Origin: an uncultured delta proteobacterium
GTDB lineage: Bacteria > Myxococcota_A > Polyangia > Polyangiales > JAFGIB01
Direction of reading: 5' to 3'
Assembly: GCA_963778655.1 (NCBI GenBank)
Contig: CAVZVA010000003.1
Location: 1 to 64,000 of the forward strand
DNA length: 64,000 nucleotides
The first letter of the stretch is position 1. The number at the start of each line of letters is the position of its first letter. A program made the translations under genes and the position numbers. Positions 38,893 to 48,889 of the stretch are shown in pieces. Under the pieces are notes generated by a model that saw only the letters and a list, made by a program, of their open reading frames with translations, ran no database searches and was not told the origin of the DNA.

Positions 38893-40035
38893 GTGCGCGC
38901 CGTCCTCCCGCTCGCCGCCCTGGCGCTGCTGATTGCTGCGTGCTCGCGAAGCGGCGACGCGAGCGCGAGCCCCCGCGCCCCCGCGGCGCGAGCGCCCGCC
39001 GCCGCCGTGCCCGCGGTGGACGCAGGGGACTGGGCGCTGCGGGTGAGCGCCACGCCAGCCGGGCGGCCACAAGCGCCCGCCAGGACCAAGCCCGAAATCC
39101 GCGCCGCGGTGATGCCGGACGAAGTCGAGAGCGGCGACGAGCCGGTGCGCATCGCGCGCCTGGTGTACCGCGTGAGCTTCTACGTGCCGGCCTCGTTCCG
39201 CGATCGTCGCGTCGCGGTGCGCGCTCCGGCCGGCGAGCTGCAGCTGGACGCGTCCGAAAACCGCCTGCGCGCACGCTTCGTGGGACCGGGTTGGCCGGTG
39301 CCCGAAGGCAGCGAGGTGCGCATGCGCGCCGATCTGCCGGGCGTGTACCTGTTCGATACGCGCGGCGGCCGCTCGCTCGGCGCGGGGCAGCTCGCAGCCT
39401 GGTTCGAGGGCCGCGAGACCCATAGGGCCCGAGCGCTGGTGGGCGTGTCGCGCGACCACGGGCCGCCGGCCGCCAAGCCGCTGCCGACCGCGCTGGTCTG
39501 CGGGCTGCTCGCCGAGTGGGCGAATCAAGATCGCGAGGCGCTCACGCACCGCTGCGATGGCGGCTCGGTACCGCCCAGCTTTCGGGTGGGCCCGTGGAGC
39601 GGCGAGCTCACCGCGGTGGTGCCGATGGAGCTGCCGGGGCGCGACCTGCGCGCCGACGAGGTCGACCCGCCGCCGCGGATCGCGCCGCGCGACGGCGGCT
39701 TGTTGCTGGAGCCAGCGGCGTTCGCGCACCTGCCGGCGTCGCGCGCGCAGCCGGGCAGCGGGCCGGCCAGCCTGGTGATCGACAACCAGACCGACACCCG
39801 CGCGATCATCCTGGCGCAAGGCGTGGCGATCGGCTGGGTCGAGGCGGGACGGCGGCTGCAGGTCGACGGCCTTTCGCCCGGGCAGTACCGGATCGGCGCG
39901 ATCCGCCCCTTTGGCATCCTACGCATGGCCCCCAAGCTGGTCCGCGTGCCAGGCCACCTGCTGCTCGGCCGCGGCCACTGGCGCGAGCTCCCCGATGGCC
40001 CCGAACCCCAACGCACCAGCGCCGCCCGCCCTTGA
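38893..40035 (+). CDS. Hypothetical lipoprotein (start inferred)
   Basis: GTG at 38893 gives MRAVLPLAALALLIAAC lipobox within the longer ORF. Confidence 0.6.
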   Translation: MRAVLPLAALALLIAACSRSGDASASPRAPAARAPAAAVPAVDAGDWALRVSATPAGRPQAPARTKPEIRAAVMPDEVESGDEPVRIARLVYRVSFYVPASFRDRRVAVRAPAGELQLDASENRLRARFVGPGWPVPEGSEVRMRADLPGVYLFDTRGGRSLGAGQLAAWFEGRETHRARALVGVSRDHGPPAAKPLPTALVCGLLAEWANQDREALTHRCDGGSVPPSFRVGPWSGELTAVVPMELPGRDLRADEVDPPPRIAPRDGGLLLEPAAFAHLPASRAQPGSGPASLVIDNQTDTRAIILAQGVAIGWVEAGRRLQVDGLSPGQYRIGAIRPFGILRMAPKLVRVPGHLLLGRGHWRELPDGPEPQRTSAARP

Positions 40036-40100
40036 ACCAGTTGCGATGCCGACCACGTAGTCATAAGCGTGCCCGCCCTCGCCGCTGCTGCGGCCCTACT

Positions 40101-41801
40101 CTACGACCGCCCCCGCCTCCGCCACCACAGCCCGCACCACGACAGCAGCCCTAGCAGCCAGGCGCCCGCCGACGCCTGCGACGTGCTGCTCCCCATCGCG
40201 CTGCAGCCTCCGGAGCTGCCGCCCTTGAGCACGACGGGCGGGCCGCCGTCTGCGCCGGAGACGACCTTGACGCCCTGGTCCGCCGCGGCCTTGGCCAGCA
40301 GCTTGGTGATCTTGGCGCTGTTGTCGAGCATGACCGTGCCCTTGCCCTGGGTGGCGAGCTGCAGGATCTTGCGCGCGGCGGGTTGGCCCTTAGCCGCCTG
40401 GCTGGGCCACACTCCGAGCTCGCGTCCGACCACCACGTCGCCCTGCGGCAAGACCATGGTCCAGCTCTGATCGCAGCCGATCGTCTGCATGGCGGTGTGC
40501 TGGTTGGAGACGTCGCCCGCGTCGGGGTTGAAGTCGAACGCGGGATCCACGGTCATCTCGTCGGCGCTCATCGTGGTGTACAGGCGCGTGACGTAGGGCA
40601 GCGACGAGAGCAGCTTCTGGGTGTCGTCCATCGGCTTGTACACCTTCTCGAACAGCGACTTCAGGAACGCCGCGTCGTCGAACGCGAAGCCCGGCTGGCT
40701 TGCATAGCAGCGCGGGCAGCCCGCGAAGTCGCTGACGCTGACCCCCGCAGGCAGCGTCACCGCATCGGCGAGCGCGTCGGAGAAGCCATCCCAGCCGCCA
40801 AAGCTCGCTTGGGCGTCGCTCACGAAGGCAACCGGATCGCCGTATTGCTGGCTCGAGATGCGCTGCCACGCCTGCCGCTCGTAGGGTTGCAGCACGGCGT
40901 CCGCCAGGCTGTCGCTGCTCTGGGCCAGCTCGGTCACGAAACCCTGCCCTCCGGCCTCATCTGCAGCCGCGCTCACCACCGCGTCGTAGCTGTCCATGGG
41001 GTTGAACCAATCGATCAACGCCTCGTTGAGCTCGAGCGCCTTGTAGTTCTGAGGAATGGCGCGCGCCTCGCCCAGCACCCACACCAGCACGCCCATGTCG
41101 TCATCGGCGGCGACCGCGGTGGGACGGATCGGAATCGAGGGCAGCTGGGCGTCGTAGGTGATCAGGATCGGCCGGATCGAGCCGGTCATGCTGTCCTTGC
41201 TCAGGCGGAACGCGATCAGGTTGAGCCCGTCTTCCAGATAGGGCCCCAGCACGCTCGGCCCGAGGTCGGTGACGTCGTAGCCGTTCTGCATCAACCACTG
41301 CACCGCGGCGTCGGCCGGCGCCGCCAGATTGGGATCGAGCGTGATCACGGTGTAGTCGTACGGGCCGACGCTCCCGGATGCGAGCACGGTCACGTGGTCG
41401 GCGGCAGGGATGATCGCCGAGGTCCCGCCCGCGGCCGAGCGCGCGTTGAGCGCGCCGGCCCCGCCGCAGCTGTCGTCGAAGGTCGCCTGCACGTTGTATT
41501 GCGGGTCGGTGAGCTGCTGCAGGCGGTCGAACGCGAGCGTGCTCGAGACGGCGACCTTCGGCACGCCGGGCACCGGCAGCACCCAGCTGAAGCTCTGAGA
41601 GGGCCCCTCGTACTGGATCTCGATGACGGCGGTCACGCTGCCATCGGCGTTCTTCGCAAACACGATGCGCTCGGCGGCCTGGTTGACCGGCTGCGCGCGG
41701 TTGCAGAACAGCCCTCCGCAGGCCTGGGCCGGGCGGGGCGCGAGCCAGACCCCGACCGCGAGCAGCAGCGACGCGCACAACCCCATGCGAACCCCGTCCA
41801 T
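40101..41801 (-). CDS. DUF2330-like secreted protein with MYXO-CTERM-like tail
   Basis: AQA-CGGLFC start; FSWVLPVP, VGPYD, WLMQNGY and VTRLYT motifs; C-terminal GGCS + hydrophobic + RRR; AGGAGG RBS. Confidence 0.8.
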   Translation of the reverse strand: MDGVRMGLCASLLLAVGVWLAPRPAQACGGLFCNRAQPVNQAAERIVFAKNADGSVTAVIEIQYEGPSQSFSWVLPVPGVPKVAVSSTLAFDRLQQLTDPQYNVQATFDDSCGGAGALNARSAAGGTSAIIPAADHVTVLASGSVGPYDYTVITLDPNLAAPADAAVQWLMQNGYDVTDLGPSVLGPYLEDGLNLIAFRLSKDSMTGSIRPILITYDAQLPSIPIRPTAVAADDDMGVLVWVLGEARAIPQNYKALELNEALIDWFNPMDSYDAVVSAAADEAGGQGFVTELAQSSDSLADAVLQPYERQAWQRISSQQYGDPVAFVSDAQASFGGWDGFSDALADAVTLPAGVSVSDFAGCPRCYASQPGFAFDDAAFLKSLFEKVYKPMDDTQKLLSSLPYVTRLYTTMSADEMTVDPAFDFNPDAGDVSNQHTAMQTIGCDQSWTMVLPQGDVVVGRELGVWPSQAAKGQPAARKILQLATQGKGTVMLDNSAKITKLLAKAAADQGVKVVSGADGGPPVVLKGGSSGGCSAMGSSTSQASAGAWLLGLLSWCGLWWRRRGRS

Positions 41802-41912
41802 GCCGCACCTCCTGGGAGCACCGCCCGCCACGGCCTCCTGCACCCGGAATGCGACCAGGGTAGCAGGGGCCCCGCGCCTGGTCACTGCGGCCGCCACGCT
41901 TGGTTTCGGCGA

Positions 41913-42521
41913 TCAGCTCGGCGCGCCGTCCGGGCCGCGCTCGCCGCGCGCGGCTCGATAGACCTCGGGCCCGAAGTGGCGGCGCTCGCGCTGCTGGGCC
42001 TCGAGCGCGGCCAGCCGGTCCGCCAGGCGCTCGAGGGTCTCCCAGCGCAGGCTCAGCGTGTAGTAGTCCTCCGGCTCGACCTCGCCCTCGGCCTCGAGCG
42101 CCGCGGCCAGCACCGCGTGGGCGTCGTCGAGCAGCTGGAAGTGCGCGCCCCAGCCCGGCACGTCTTCCATCGACAGGACCTCCATCGCCGCCCCCATCGG
42201 ATTGAAGCTCAGAAAGAAGGACTCGAACTCGAGGCGGTGCCCCGGATAGTCGCCCTTGGGCGCGTGCCAGCGCACCCCCGAGAGGTTGCGGCGCACCAGC
42301 TCGCCGAAGTACGCGCCAGCGGCGGGCGCCAGCAGCGCCAGCAGCTCGGGCTTGTCCGCGTCGCCGCTCTGCCTGAGGTAGTGATCCAGGATCGGCAGCG
42401 TTTCGGGCGTGAAGTCGAGCGCCAGCCCGAGCGCATCCTTGACGAAACGCACGCAGGACTCGGCCAGGTCGGCCACCTCGGCCGGGGCGGCATCGGGCGC
42501 ACGCTCAGCCATCGCGGTCAC
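41913..42521 (-). CDS. Hypothetical protein
   Basis: Protein-like composition (LDFTPETLPILDHYL, GAYFGELVRR). Confidence 0.7.
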   Translation of the reverse strand: MTAMAERAPDAAPAEVADLAESCVRFVKDALGLALDFTPETLPILDHYLRQSGDADKPELLALLAPAAGAYFGELVRRNLSGVRWHAPKGDYPGHRLEFESFFLSFNPMGAAMEVLSMEDVPGWGAHFQLLDDAHAVLAAALEAEGEVEPEDYYTLSLRWETLERLADRLAALEAQQRERRHFGPEVYRAARGERGPDGAPS

Positions 42522-42666
42522 GCCAGACCGGGCAGGCCGGTGGTGGGAGGGCGCCGGGGGGTCGATCGAGCACAGCGTGCACGCTGTGAGTTGGAGCAGG
42601 AATCGCTCTGTGATTCAATGACCCTGGCCGGCCACCCAGCCTCCACAACGGCCTGATCCGCACGCG

Positions 42667-45528
42667 ATGAAAGCCCCGCGATCCCCTCATGACGCGATCG
42701 TCGTGCCCAGCAGCGGCCCGATCTACCAGGGCCGGCCGGGCCAGACCCGGACCGAGCGCGTGCACATCGTGGAGCCGGACGGCACGGTACGCTCGATCGA
42801 GGTGCACCGCGTGGTCAACGTGCAGAGCCACCCCGAGCTCAAGCCGCGCGTGCTGGCAGGGCAGCTGCACCGGCTGGTGGACGGGCGCGAGCTCGCGCTG
42901 CCGTTCGTGTATCACGACCCCTCCGCGCGCAAGTTCGCGCTGGTGATCCCGCCCGCGCTCGCGCACCTGGAAATGAAGGAGTGGGCGCGTTTGATGACCG
43001 AGGTGGCCGAGGACACCAACGCGCCGGTGCCCGGCTACGTGCGCGACGGCACCACCGTGCTCGGGCTGGGTGCGCTCGAGCTGTTCCTCGAGAGCGGCGT
43101 CGAGCCCGACGACGCCGAGCTGAGCGTGCTCAACCGCCCGCCGGCGGCGCCGCCCGGGCAGCAGCGCGCGCGCGAGCACGCGCTGTCCGAGCGCGGGCGC
43201 CTGCTCGACGAGCGCGAGCGCGAAGCGGCCGAGCAGGAGCAGAGCCTGGTGCGCATGGCCAGCGACCTCGCCACGCGCGAGGCCTCGCTGCAGCGCAGGG
43301 AGGAACAGCTCGACGCCACCCGTGCCGAGCTCGACACGCGCGAGAAGGAGCTGGCCGAGCGCCGCGCCGCGGTCGCGCGCGCGCGCCCGCACGATGCCGA
43401 CGTGGTGCCCGACGGCGAATGGCAGGAAGTGCGCACCGACGAGAACGAGAGCCCGGCCACGCGACAGAACGAACAAGCCACCGTGGTCGCCAACCTGTCG
43501 GAGGTGATGAAGAGCCAGGCGCCCTACGAGGTCTACGACAGCGAGCTGCAGGACCTGAGCGTCGCCAGCGCGGCGCTGCGGCGCGAGGCCGCGCAGCGGC
43601 GCGAGCAGCGGCGCTCCTCGCGGCCCCCGGCGGAGCCCGCCGCGCAGGCGCCGCCGCCGCTGAAGCGCCGCGGCCGCACGCCGCCGCCGCTCACGCCGCA
43701 ACCGGACGCGGCCGCCCATGTCGCCCACTCGCCGCCGCCGCTGCGCCCGCACTCGGGCCCGATCTCGGCGCAGCTCGCGAGCGCGCCGCCGCCTTTGCCG
43801 CGCAGCGTCGGCGGCGAGCAGGCCCGAGCGCCGCGGGCGAGGCGCGGCAAGACCGACGCGCCACCGCCGCTGCCGCGCGGCGGCGACGGCGCCAGCGGGG
43901 GGCGGGTGCGCCCGCGCAGCGTCCCGCCGCCGCGGGCGGTGGAGCACTACGCCAGCGCGCCGCCGCCGCCGCCCCAACCCGAGCCACCGGCGGGCTTCGC
44001 CGCGCTGCCGCCGATGCACATCGCGCTGGGACGCGAGGAGGGCGAGCTGTGGCTGTTCGTGCAGCTCGACGCCAACCGCGCCGAGGCGTTCGCCAACGAG
44101 GGTGAGCTGCTGGTCCAGCTGAGCGAGATCCAGGATCGACCGGTGGTGGTGCTGGCGCTGCTGGGCTCGGGCGGCGAGGTCGCGCGCGCGGTGCTCGACG
44201 GTCTCTCCGCGGACACGCACAAGACGCTGGAGCGGCTGGAGCGCGCGTTCCGGGCGCAGGCCGCGCTGTACGTGGACGGTCAGCTACAGACCACCAAGCT
44301 GCTGTCGGCGCCGCGCGAGAGCAACGCGCACGCCATCCTGGAGCGGCTGGGAGCGTGGCGGCCCACGCCCGCGCTGCCGGCCGCCGACGCGATCGAGCGC
44401 GCGCTCCACGACCCGCCGCCGGTGCGCGACGAAGAGCTGCCGTTCGGGCCGCCGCGGCCGCAGGCGGCGAGCACCTCGAGCGTGCTCGGCGCGGTGCGCC
44501 GGCTCGAGACCTGGGCCAAGCCCGAGATGCTCTCGCTCGCGCTGCTGGTCTACAGCGTGCCCAAGCACGTGATCGAAGCCTCGTGCCGGCGCGTGCTGCG
44601 CGCGGCGATCGGCTTCGGCATCGCGCTGCCGCCGGCGCTGGCCGAGCTGGCGCTGGAGCACAGGCTGGCCGAGGACAAAGTGCAGCTGATCAGCGAGCAG
44701 CTCGCCGCGTTCAAACAGCGCATCGAGCGCGGGCACAACGACCTCGATCCGACCTCGACCATGCGCAACTGGGAGAAACTGTTCGCGCAGGCCGACGAGG
44801 TCGACCTGGCGGTGGACCCGGAGGTGCGTCACTGGGTGGAGCGCTCGGCGGCCGAGAGCGGCGCGCCGCCGCCCGACTTGCCGCTCAGCAGCGCGGAGCT
44901 GCGACGCGACCTGGGCGACCCGGGACGGCGGCTCGGCGCGATCCGCGAGCTGAGCCGGCGCGGCCACGGCGCCGCGGTCGAGCCGATCGTCCACGTGCTC
45001 GAGGAGCTCTCGCCCGAGGAGGTCGCCGCGGCCGTGGTCTGCCTGCTCTCATTCGGCGAGCTGGCGGGCAACGGGTTGATCGCGGCGCTGGGCTCGCCCA
45101 GCCAGTACGTGCGCCACGCCTGCGCGCTGGGGCTCGGCCGGCTCAAGCTACGTCGCAGCCTGCCGGCGCTGATCAACCAGATCGAGAGCGAGACCACGGT
45201 TTCGTGGACGGAGATGGCGCGCGCGGTCGGCGATTTCGGGTCGCCGGCCCTGCGCCAGGTGGCCAAGGCGCTCAAGACCAGCGAGCGGCGCGAGCGGCTG
45301 ATGGTCTGCCTCGGCCACCTGGCGAATCACGGTGCCGGCGAGGAAGTGAAAAGCCTGGAAAGCGACCCGGACCCGACCCTGGCGCTGGCCGCCCGTCAGG
45401 CCATGGCCCGCCGTTCGCGCATGGAGTGGGACGATCAGGCCGTGCGCAACCAACAGCCTTTGCGCGACAATAGTCCGGAAGCACGCTTCTCGCAGGTGTT
45501 CTACGCGGAAGTGGCCCGCGCGGGCTAA
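42667..45528 (+). CDS. Large hypothetical protein: CpXC-like N-terminus, coiled coil, Pro-rich linker, HEAT-like C-terminus
   Basis: VNVQSHPELKPRVLAGQL..PFVYHDP; EREREAAEQE coil; LIAALGSPSQYVRHACALGLG HEAT-like repeat. Confidence 0.7.
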   Translation: MKAPRSPHDAIVVPSSGPIYQGRPGQTRTERVHIVEPDGTVRSIEVHRVVNVQSHPELKPRVLAGQLHRLVDGRELALPFVYHDPSARKFALVIPPALAHLEMKEWARLMTEVAEDTNAPVPGYVRDGTTVLGLGALELFLESGVEPDDAELSVLNRPPAAPPGQQRAREHALSERGRLLDEREREAAEQEQSLVRMASDLATREASLQRREEQLDATRAELDTREKELAERRAAVARARPHDADVVPDGEWQEVRTDENESPATRQNEQATVVANLSEVMKSQAPYEVYDSELQDLSVASAALRREAAQRREQRRSSRPPAEPAAQAPPPLKRRGRTPPPLTPQPDAAAHVAHSPPPLRPHSGPISAQLASAPPPLPRSVGGEQARAPRARRGKTDAPPPLPRGGDGASGGRVRPRSVPPPRAVEHYASAPPPPPQPEPPAGFAALPPMHIALGREEGELWLFVQLDANRAEAFANEGELLVQLSEIQDRPVVVLALLGSGGEVARAVLDGLSADTHKTLERLERAFRAQAALYVDGQLQTTKLLSAPRESNAHAILERLGAWRPTPALPAADAIERALHDPPPVRDEELPFGPPRPQAASTSSVLGAVRRLETWAKPEMLSLALLVYSVPKHVIEASCRRVLRAAIGFGIALPPALAELALEHRLAEDKVQLISEQLAAFKQRIERGHNDLDPTSTMRNWEKLFAQADEVDLAVDPEVRHWVERSAAESGAPPPDLPLSSAELRRDLGDPGRRLGAIRELSRRGHGAAVEPIVHVLEELSPEEVAAAVVCLLSFGELAGNGLIAALGSPSQYVRHACALGLGRLKLRRSLPALINQIESETTVSWTEMARAVGDFGSPALRQVAKALKTSERRERLMVCLGHLANHGAGEEVKSLESDPDPTLALAARQAMARRSRMEWDDQAVRNQQPLRDNSPEARFSQVFYAEVARAG

Positions 45529-45611
45529 CCGGTCTGCCCATCGCCCAAACCTGCCGTAGCGGGATTTACACCAGACCGCACACGCCCTATAGGATCCACT
45601 CTTCCGAGCCC

Positions 45612-46349
45612 ATGCGCCTAGCCATTTTCAGTGACGTGCACGCCAACCTCGAAGCACTGAGCGCCGTGCTCGAGGCGTACCGGAACGAGCGCATCGACCA
45701 CTACTACTGTCTGGGCGACGTGGTCGGGTACGGCGCCAATCCCAACGAGTGCGCCGACATGGTCCGTGAGATCGCCGAGATCACCATCCTCGGCAACCAC
45801 GACGCCGCGGTCGCGGGACGCATGGACTACTCCTATTACTACGAGGCCGCACGCCAGGCGCTCGACGCACACGCCACCTCTCTGACCAAGGAGAACCTGG
45901 CCTGGCTCAAGGGCCTGCCATACAAGCGCATGCTGGACGAGGCCGAGGTGCTGCTGTGTCACGGCTCGCCGGTGCGGATCGAGGAGTTCGAGTACATCTT
46001 CGCGCCGGAGCAGGCGCGCGAGTGCTTGCCGATCCTGCAGGAGCTCGGACACCTGACCGTGATCGGGCACTCGCACCTGTGCAAGGTGTTCGCGCTCAAG
46101 CCGGGTTACGTCGAGGAGCTGCCGCCGTCGGATTTCGTGCTGCGTCCCGACTGCAAGTACATCGTCAGCGTGGGCTCGGTGGGCCAGCCGCGCGACTACG
46201 ACAACCGCGCCAGCTACACCGTCTACGACACCGAGACCAAGCTGTTCGAGTTCAAGCGCATCGAGTACGACATCGATCTGGCAGCCACCAAGATCTTCGA
46301 CAGCAACCTCGAGCGCAACTTCGGCCACCGCCTGTTCATTGGGGTCTGA
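45612..46349 (+). CDS. Calcineurin-like metallophosphoesterase
   Basis: SDVHAN, LGDVVGYG, GNHD, HGSP, GHSH and GSVGQPRD motifs. Confidence 0.93.
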   Translation: MRLAIFSDVHANLEALSAVLEAYRNERIDHYYCLGDVVGYGANPNECADMVREIAEITILGNHDAAVAGRMDYSYYYEAARQALDAHATSLTKENLAWLKGLPYKRMLDEAEVLLCHGSPVRIEEFEYIFAPEQARECLPILQELGHLTVIGHSHLCKVFALKPGYVEELPPSDFVLRPDCKYIVSVGSVGQPRDYDNRASYTVYDTETKLFEFKRIEYDIDLAATKIFDSNLERNFGHRLFIGV

Positions 46350-46350
46350 A

Positions 46351-46374
46351 CGGGAGGGTCACGCGACCCTCCCG
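46351..46374. terminator. Hairpin between convergent genes (terminator or REP-like)
   Basis: CGGGAGGGTC-ACGC-GACCCTCCCG perfect 10-bp stem right after the stop codon. Confidence 0.5.
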
Positions 46375-46525
46375 CCCCAGGTCCAAAGGGGCCCGTAGCA
46401 AAGCTGTCGGGGCCCCACCCTCCCGCGCGGCTCGCTACATTTCGTTGCGTTCACTCCCATCCAGTCCGCGGGTCGACCGCTGGCTACCACGAGCCCGCGG
46501 TGGGTCACACGAAGGCCGTCGTGGG

Positions 46526-47773
46526 TCAGAGGTAGCCGTCTAGAGGATGGAGGTTGTCCAGGGGGGTTTCGAGCGGGGGGATTTGCATGGCGCCGACCTC
46601 GCAGGCGTAAGGGGCCAGAGGGGCGAGCGCGCGTGGGGCGCTGCCGGCGAGACCCAGGGCTTTGAGGTGCGCGCCGAGCGCGCGCAGGCGCGCGGCGACA
46701 GCGTCGAGATCGGCGAGCTCGTACACGCTGAGGTTGCGGTAGCCGGGACTGGGGCGCAGCGCGGCCTGGGCCTCGTAGCTGACCGCCCAGCGCTCGCCGC
46801 GCTCCAGCTCTCCGAGCGCCGCGGCCACGCCGAGCCACTGCAGCTGCGCGGCCGACGCCTCGGGCGGCAGCACACCGCGCGGCAGCTCCTGCTCGCAAGC
46901 CTGCAGCGCCTCGCCCAGCAACCGCGCGAACGCGCGCACACCCAGCGCCCCGCCGCGCAGCACCAGCAGCGCCTGCGGCGACAGGCAGCCGCGCTGGTCG
47001 TAGGCCGCGACATCGAGCGCGACGCGAGTCGCGAGCTCGCGCGCGCTCGCCTCGTCCCCGAGCGCGTCGGCGCCGACCACGATCGCCCCGAAGCCGTGAC
47101 CGTGCGCGAGCAGGCGCGCACCCGCGCAGGCGCGTCCGCGCAGCGACGCGAGCGTGTCGTCGTCGCCGTAGATCGAGACCACGTCCGCGCCGGAGAGCAG
47201 CGCGGCCTCGCGCGCGGGCTCGCCACGCCCGAAGCGCAGCACGGCGCAGGCAGCGCCGAGCCTCGGGTCGACCGCGTCGAGCGCACGCGCCAGGTACCGC
47301 GGCAGCACGTCGTCGGCGCTCGAGGCCTTGGCCAGCACCGCCCTGCCGCACAACAGCGGCAACAAGAGCGGCCGCGCAGCCGCGCTGAACACATTGCCCG
47401 CAAGCACCGCGACACACACCTTCACTCCGTCAACGCCGTCGTGGTCGCGGTCGTGGTCGTAATCGTGGTCGTGATCGCCTTCGTCCCCCTCCCCGCGCGC
47501 GCGGTGCAGCGCGCACAGCGCTCCGCGCCGAAACAAGCCGAGCGTGGTGCTCAGCCCGAGCTCGATCCCCGAGGCCGAGAGCCCCGAGCGCACCAGCAGC
47601 TCGGCGCGCAGCGCGCGGCCGAGCGCATCCTCGGCGTCGAGCAGGCGCGCACAGGCCCGCTCGAGCGCAGCGGCTCGCTCCGCCAGCGGGACCGCGCGCA
47701 GCAGCCGCGCGGCCGCGCGCAGCGCCGCGTGCAGCGCGCGAATCGACCCGGGCGAGCTGTCCGCGCCGTCCAT
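46526..47773 (-). CDS. LuxC-like acyl-CoA/acyl-protein reductase
   Basis: LAGNV, KASS and YGDDDT segments; AYDQRGCLSPQ with the candidate catalytic Cys. Confidence 0.8.
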   Translation of the reverse strand: MDGADSSPGSIRALHAALRAAARLLRAVPLAERAAALERACARLLDAEDALGRALRAELLVRSGLSASGIELGLSTTLGLFRRGALCALHRARGEGDEGDHDHDYDHDRDHDGVDGVKVCVAVLAGNVFSAAARPLLLPLLCGRAVLAKASSADDVLPRYLARALDAVDPRLGAACAVLRFGRGEPAREAALLSGADVVSIYGDDDTLASLRGRACAGARLLAHGHGFGAIVVGADALGDEASARELATRVALDVAAYDQRGCLSPQALLVLRGGALGVRAFARLLGEALQACEQELPRGVLPPEASAAQLQWLGVAAALGELERGERWAVSYEAQAALRPSPGYRNLSVYELADLDAVAARLRALGAHLKALGLAGSAPRALAPLAPYACEVGAMQIPPLETPLDNLHPLDGYL

Positions 47774-48889
47774 TCAACCCCCGAGCGCGGCGTCGAGCGC
47801 GAGCGAGCACCCGCGCGGCTCGGCACCCGCCGCGCGCCCCAGCACCAGCACGCCGTCGTCCAGGCGCCGCCCGCGATCAGAGGTCTGCAGCGCGCACACG
47901 CTGTCGAGGTTCGCCAGGTCATCGATGCGCAGCACGCCCTCGGCGGGTTCCGGCAGCTTCGCCAGCGTTTCGGCATCGAGCGGCGTCACCCGCACCCAGC
48001 CCGGCACCAGCAGCCTGCGCGGGGTTTCGCTGCGACCGAGCGCCGCCTCGCGCAGCGTGCTCTCGTAGAGCTGTGAGCTGAGCTCGGTCATGCCGTACTC
48101 CTGCACGATGTAGCGCGGATCGATGCCATAGCGCAGAGCCAGCAACGAGAGCAGCGCCCGCGGCTCGACCTCGCGCGAGCGGCCCTTGAAGCCGCCGGTC
48201 TGCATGATGCGGCTGCCGGCGGCGAGCGCAAAGCGCCGAGCACCGAGCGCGTCCTCGGCGTGCACGAACGCGAACGAGGTGCCTAACAACGCGAGCGGCG
48301 TCTGGCTACGCTCGGCCTCCGCCAGCGTGCGCTCCAGCAGCGCCGCGTCGAGCGCGCCGCCCGCAACCACCTGCACGCTTGGGCCTTCGCCGAACCAGGC
48401 GCCGAAGCGGTCCAGCATGTAGCTGAGCGACGAGTCGGTCAGCTCGGCGCTGCTGGGCGCGAGCACCACCAGCTGCATGCGCGCGACGTCGGGAAACAGC
48501 GCGTAGCGCGCCCAGCGCTCGGCTGCGAGATCGTAGAGCGAGAGGTCCTTGAAGCAATGGCTGCCGCGCCGCGCCGCGCTGGTCCCCGAGCTGCGGAACA
48601 CGCGGCTGTCCTGCGCCTCGGGGTGGCAAGCCACGCGTGCGAAGCGAAACACGTCGGTCGGCAGCGCGGGCCACTGCGAGGGCCCGCCCGCAGGCGCGCC
48701 GAGCCGGGTGACCAACCGATCGTAGACGGGCAAGCGCGCGCGCTGCCAGCGGCAAAGCTGCTCGAGCAGCGCGTCGCGCGCCGCGTCGTCACGCCCGCCT
48801 TGCCCCAGCCGCGCGATCAGCGCGGCGATACGCGCGTGCAACGCGGTACGCCCGCTCGCCTCGTCCGGCCCGCGTGCCTCTGCGCTCAT
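47774..48889 (-). CDS. LuxE-like acyl-protein synthetase
   Basis: ALPTDVF, FRSSGT, MQTGGFKGR, EYGMTEL, DLAN, LQTSDRG and C-terminal GR..AEPRGCS motifs. Confidence 0.85.
   Translation of the reverse strand: MSAEARGPDEASGRTALHARIAALIARLGQGGRDDAARDALLEQLCRWQRARLPVYDRLVTRLGAPAGGPSQWPALPTDVFRFARVACHPEAQDSRVFRSSGTSAARRGSHCFKDLSLYDLAAERWARYALFPDVARMQLVVLAPSSAELTDSSLSYMLDRFGAWFGEGPSVQVVAGGALDAALLERTLAEAERSQTPLALLGTSFAFVHAEDALGARRFALAAGSRIMQTGGFKGRSREVEPRALLSLLALRYGIDPRYIVQEYGMTELSSQLYESTLREAALGRSETPRRLLVPGWVRVTPLDAETLAKLPEPAEGVLRIDDLANLDSVCALQTSDRGRRLDDGVLVLGRAAGAEPRGCSLALDAALGG

Noticed and set aside
46526..48889. Bioluminescence (lux) operon
   Set aside because: Only LuxC-like and LuxE-like genes are present; no luxA, luxB or luxD in the window.
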